Assembly: GCA_049602435.1 (NCBI GenBank)
Contig: JBMYRO010000006.1
Location: 268 to 64,267, forward strand
Origin: Hyphomicrobiales bacterium
Lineage (GTDB): Bacteria > Pseudomonadota > Alphaproteobacteria > Rhizobiales > TMED25
DNA length: 64,000 nt
Reading direction: 5' to 3'
Part shown: piece after piece, positions 60,717 through 64,000 of the stretch
Position numbering within the stretch: the first letter of the stretch is position 1
Layout: every line of letters begins with the position of its first letter
The notes under the pieces: generated by a model
Seen by the model: the letters and a program-made list of their open reading frames with translations, nothing else
Databases searched by the model: none
Told to the model about the DNA's origin: nothing
Made by a program: the position numbers and the translations under genes

Positions 60717-63345
60717 TTGCTGTGTCTTTTAATCTGAGTAATATGTTTAAAGCTTCAATTGGTGTTGTTTCTTCTATATTAATTTTTAGTATTTCATCTC
60801 TTAATTGATCTTTTGTATATTTTTCTTTGTCTTTATTTTCAGTAAATAGTGATAGTTGCTCTTTTCTTGAGAGATAATTTTGTGACTCAAGTTCTCTAAG
60901 GATTATTTCAGCTTTTTGAGTAACAGATGTAGGTAAACCTGCTAACTTGCTTACTTGTATTCCATATGATTTATCTACAATCCCTTTTTTAATCTCATGT
61001 AAGAAAATAATTTCTCCGGCTTCTTCGCTTATCTGCATTGCCATATTTTGGATATTTTTTAATTCTAAAGTTAAATTTGTTAACTCATGAAAATGTGTTG
61101 CAAAGATTGTTCGGCAATTATTTTCCTTAGCAAGAAATTCAAGAGTTGCCCAAGCAATTGCAAGCCCATCAAAAGTTGCAGTTCCTCTGCCAATCTCGTC
61201 AATGATTACAAAGGATCTTGACGTAGCTTGATTTAGAATGATAGATGTTTCCACCATTTCCACCATGAAGGTTGATCTTCCCGCTGCAAGATCGTCAGAG
61301 GCCCCAACCCTTGAAAAAATTTTATCTATAATTCCAATTTCAGCAGATTTAGCAGGTACATAAGATCCAATTTGAGCAATTATTGCAATAAGGGCATTTT
61401 GTCTTAAATATGTTGATTTGCCTGCCATGTTAGGGCCAGTAATTAGTTGAACATTTTTGTTGTCATCCATTGTGCAATCATTTGCTATGAATTTCTGATT
61501 TTTTTCGGTTAAAAGGGACTCTTCAACGGTAATATGACGTCCTTTTTCTACAATAAATTTTTTAGAGTTATTTACTATAGGTTTGCAATAACCACGTTCA
61601 GTAGCTAATTTTGCGAATGACATAGTAATATCAATCTCGGCTATAGCATCGCTTATGAGATTAATAGATTCTGAGTTTTCAATAATTACTATGGATAAAT
61701 CATTGAAATAATTTTCTTCTAATTCATAGATCTTTTGAGATGACTCAATAATTTTTGTTTGAAGTTCATTTAATTCAGCTGTGGTAAATCTGATTTGGTT
61801 TTTGAGTGTTTGTCTGTGAATGAAGGAATTATCTCTAACCAATTCCTCTATTAGAGGTGAATTACTTGAAGGACATTCAATAAAATAACCAAGAAAGTTA
61901 TTATATTTTATTTTTAGTGCTTTGATATTAGTTTCACGAATATATTTTTCTTGCAACTCAAGAATGAATCTTGTTGTGTTGTTTTTCAACATTCTTAATT
62001 TATCTAATTCTTCTGAGAAACCATCTCTAAATATATTCCCATCAGTAATCGAATTTGGAAGATTTTCATTTAGTGCATTGTTTAGAGTTGTGAATAAATT
62101 TTTTTTTGACTCCCCCTGAATGATTTTTAATTGACTGGTTATTCTGCCTGGAATGTTGTGTTCTGTATCTGGATCATTAAGATTATCAAATAGTTTTACT
62201 ATTCCTAGACCTGATCTGATTGACCCCACATCTCTTGGAGAAGACCTTCCGAGAGACAGTCTCAGGAGTGGCCTAGTAATATCAGGAAATTCTTTTAACA
62301 AATTTCTAATTTTTTCTGAGAATGTTTTATTTTTGATAGAAAATTCAATATCAGCAAGCCTAAGATTTATTTCATCAACTGATGTTGATGGTCGTATAAC
62401 TCGTTGACATAATTTTCTTCCTCCCGCAGAAGTAATAGTTTTATCAAGAGAGTTAAAAAGTGATCCTTGTTTTTTACCCCTGTTATTTATAAGAATTTCC
62501 AAGCTATTTTGGGTCGCCTCATCAATTAACATATAATCAATGTCAGTTCTATTTTTTGGTCTTTGCAACAGAGGACGTTTATCGATTTGTGTCAGCTCTA
62601 TATAGCCAAGAAGGCTTCCTATAGCCGAAATTTGTTCAGGAGAATTTATACCAAACCCATCTAGTTGTGATAGTTGATATTGTTCTCTGATAAGTCTTTC
62701 ACATATATTTATTTGGAAATTACGTGAATCAATTTCAGTTATCTTATAATCTCTTTCCTTATCAATTAATATAGAACTATCTTTCTGGACCAAGATTTCT
62801 TTTGGATTAATTGTGCAGATCTCATTACTAAGGTTTTTTCTTGCTGTAGTTGAAAAGAATATCTCTCCTGTTGAAATATCACACCAAGATAACCCAATAT
62901 TTTGCTTGTTATCATAAATTGATAATAAAAAATTATTATTTTTAGAATTCAGTAAATTATCATCAGTGAGAGTACCTGATGTGATAATTCTTGTGATTTT
63001 TCTTTCTACAATTTTTTTATTATTTTGAGTTGTGCTTTCTTTTGACTGTTCACAAATAGCTACTTTTTGTCCGTTATTAATCAATTTAGGGATGTACTGA
63101 TTAACTGCAGATATGGGGATACCACACATTGGAATTTCTTCACCGTTTTGATAACCTCTTTTTGTTAATGTAATTCCTAAAACAGGGGCAGCGTCTATTG
63201 CGTCTTCGAAGAACATTTCATAAAAATCACCCATTTGATAGAAAAGCAAGTGATCTGGATAGAGTGACTTTATATTTGAATATTGGGCCATCATCGGCGT
63301 GAGAGTTGAATTTTCTCCCGGTTTTTTTTCTTTACTTAATGCCAT
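60703..63345 (-). CDS. mutS: DNA mismatch repair protein MutS
   Basis: 880 aa. N-terminus TPMMAQY, Walker A TGPNMAGKST, DEIGRGT, THFHEL. Confidence 0.97.
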   Translation of the reverse strand: MALSKEKKPGENSTLTPMMAQYSNIKSLYPDHLLFYQMGDFYEMFFEDAIDAAPVLGITLTKRGYQNGEEIPMCGIPISAVNQYIPKLINNGQKVAICEQSKESTTQNNKKIVERKITRIITSGTLTDDNLLNSKNNNFLLSIYDNKQNIGLSWCDISTGEIFFSTTARKNLSNEICTINPKEILVQKDSSILIDKERDYKITEIDSRNFQINICERLIREQYQLSQLDGFGINSPEQISAIGSLLGYIELTQIDKRPLLQRPKNRTDIDYMLIDEATQNSLEILINNRGKKQGSLFNSLDKTITSAGGRKLCQRVIRPSTSVDEINLRLADIEFSIKNKTFSEKIRNLLKEFPDITRPLLRLSLGRSSPRDVGSIRSGLGIVKLFDNLNDPDTEHNIPGRITSQLKIIQGESKKNLFTTLNNALNENLPNSITDGNIFRDGFSEELDKLRMLKNNTTRFILELQEKYIRETNIKALKIKYNNFLGYFIECPSSNSPLIEELVRDNSFIHRQTLKNQIRFTTAELNELQTKIIESSQKIYELEENYFNDLSIVIIENSESINLISDAIAEIDITMSFAKLATERGYCKPIVNNSKKFIVEKGRHITVEESLLTEKNQKFIANDCTMDDNKNVQLITGPNMAGKSTYLRQNALIAIIAQIGSYVPAKSAEIGIIDKIFSRVGASDDLAAGRSTFMVEMVETSIILNQATSRSFVIIDEIGRGTATFDGLAIAWATLEFLAKENNCRTIFATHFHELTNLTLELKNIQNMAMQISEEAGEIIFLHEIKKGIVDKSYGIQVSKLAGLPTSVTQKAEIILRELESQNYLSRKEQLSLFTENKDKEKYTKDQLRDEILKINIEETTPIEALNILLRLKDTANEKK

Positions 63346-63382
63346 ATAAAAATAAGTCTAAAACATCGTTAAATAATGTTTA

Positions 63383-64000
63383 TTATATAGTAAATTTATC
63401 TACAAATCTTTTTTCAATTTTATCTTTAGGCATAATTACAAATACATCAATTGTACCAAATTGCTTATCAATCACAGCACCATCACCGATGTATGCTCCC
63501 AGTCGAAGATAACCTTTAATAAGAGGTGGGAGTGTCTTTAGGGCATCTTTTGTGTTAATTTTTTCTTTTTCAATTAAATTCATATTTGTATATCTAGATG
63601 GTAATGCTCTTACCATCCATTCGTCTGGTGCCAAAGAATAATGATATAGAAAACTTAGTGCCTCTGCTATTTCACTGGGTTCAGTACATTGAAAGCTTGC
63701 ACAACCGATCATAACATCAAAATCATTTTCTCTAATGTATTTCCAAACTCCTTGCCATAATAATTCTATCGTTGATTTTTTTCTGTATGTCTGCAAAACA
63801 CAAGAACGACCTAGTTCAAGGAATTTTTTTTGGGGATGTCTTTTAAGTAAAGGTAACAAGTCGTATTCATCTTGAGAATAGAAACCTCTATTTTCTTCAG
63901 CAGTTCTTTGAGGTAATAATCTGTATGTTCCAACAACTTTTTCTTTATTCTTTCCAATAAGTGGGACGCCTCTTTTTTTATTTGATTTGTCAATAACAAG
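63383..64000 (-). CDS. GNAT-family N-acyltransferase, OlsB / putative-hemolysin type; N-terminus lies beyond the window edge
   Basis: The track shows only 63383..63859 from a TTG. My reverse translation shows the same frame stays open to base 64000: LVIDKSNKKRGVPLIGKNKEKVVGTYRLLPQRTAEENRGFYSQDEYDLLPLLK.... Downstream are ELGRSCV and PPLIKGYLRLGA. Confidence 0.68.
   Translation of the reverse strand, partial: LVIDKSNKKRGVPLIGKNKEKVVGTYRLLPQRTAEENRGFYSQDEYDLLPLLKRHPQKKFLELGRSCVLQTYRKKSTIELLWQGVWKYIRENDFDVMIGCASFQCTEPSEIAEALSFLYHYSLAPDEWMVRALPSRYTNMNLIEKEKINTKDALKTLPPLIKGYLRLGAYIGDGAVIDKQFGTIDVFVIMPKDKIEKRFVDKFTI

Noticed and set aside
63811-63999. 62-aa ORF at the right edge.
   Set aside because: It is a different frame from the olsB-like gene, whose frame I verified stays open from 63859 up to base 64000. 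The 62-aa ORF is a shadow of that gene.
1-64000. Search for mobile elements, CRISPR arrays, tRNA/rRNA genes, defence or toxin-antitoxin modules, or any multi-gene cluster of unknown function.
   Set aside because: Every ORF of meaningful length is assignable to a conserved housekeeping family in conserved synteny. No spacer other than 5029-5392 and 26222-26685 exceeds about 140 bp. I saw no repeat arrays, integrase or transposase motifs, or tRNA-like T-arm sequences in the spacers. Claiming a novel system here would be unsupported.

Overview
Strongly AT-rich, very gene-dense stretch of an alphaproteobacterial chromosome core. I call 67 CDS. Most spacers are under 100 bp and many neighbouring genes overlap by 4-30 nt. 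The gene order is classical alphaproteobacterial synteny: mnmE / qor / rho-hemJ-hemE | 364-bp spacer | PDRP(DUF299)-maf-coaE-dnaQ / secB / tim44-like-mltA-smr / hslVU / hisB-DUF2628-hisH-hisA-hisF-hisE-coaA / pfkB-gpmA-dapB / dnaK-dnaJ / rhodanese-dnaA-dnaN / mutM-echA-rpsT / ubiE-ubiB-coaBC-dut-moeB-like / irr / fabA-fabB-fabI / rimP-nusA-infB-rbfA-truB-rpsO-pnp / metK-trmB / miaB-phoH-ybeY-lnt / fur-plsC / tsaB-rimI / nfu / usp / mutS-glnD-murJ-trpS / olsB-like. Composition, streamlining and intact biosynthetic operons suggest a free-living SAR11/Pelagibacterales-like organism; this is inference, not verified. I saw no rRNA, tRNA, CRISPR array, transposase, integrase, phage, toxin-antitoxin or defence genes. 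I do not find a convincing novel multi-gene system; the window looks like ordinary core genome. Four leads are worth a second look. (1) The hemE-adjacent spacer at 5029-5392 looks like the replication origin, with a perfect DnaA box and evenly spaced degenerate boxes. (2) An unexplained 464-bp non-coding gap lies between rpsT and the dnaA operon and contains an 18-bp perfect palindrome plus a third half-site. (3) A single-domain rhodanese gene overlaps the start of dnaA by 16 nt. (4) The gene-strand pattern conflicts with an origin at 5.2 kb. All protein calls rest on motif recognition in the supplied translations; no database search was run.
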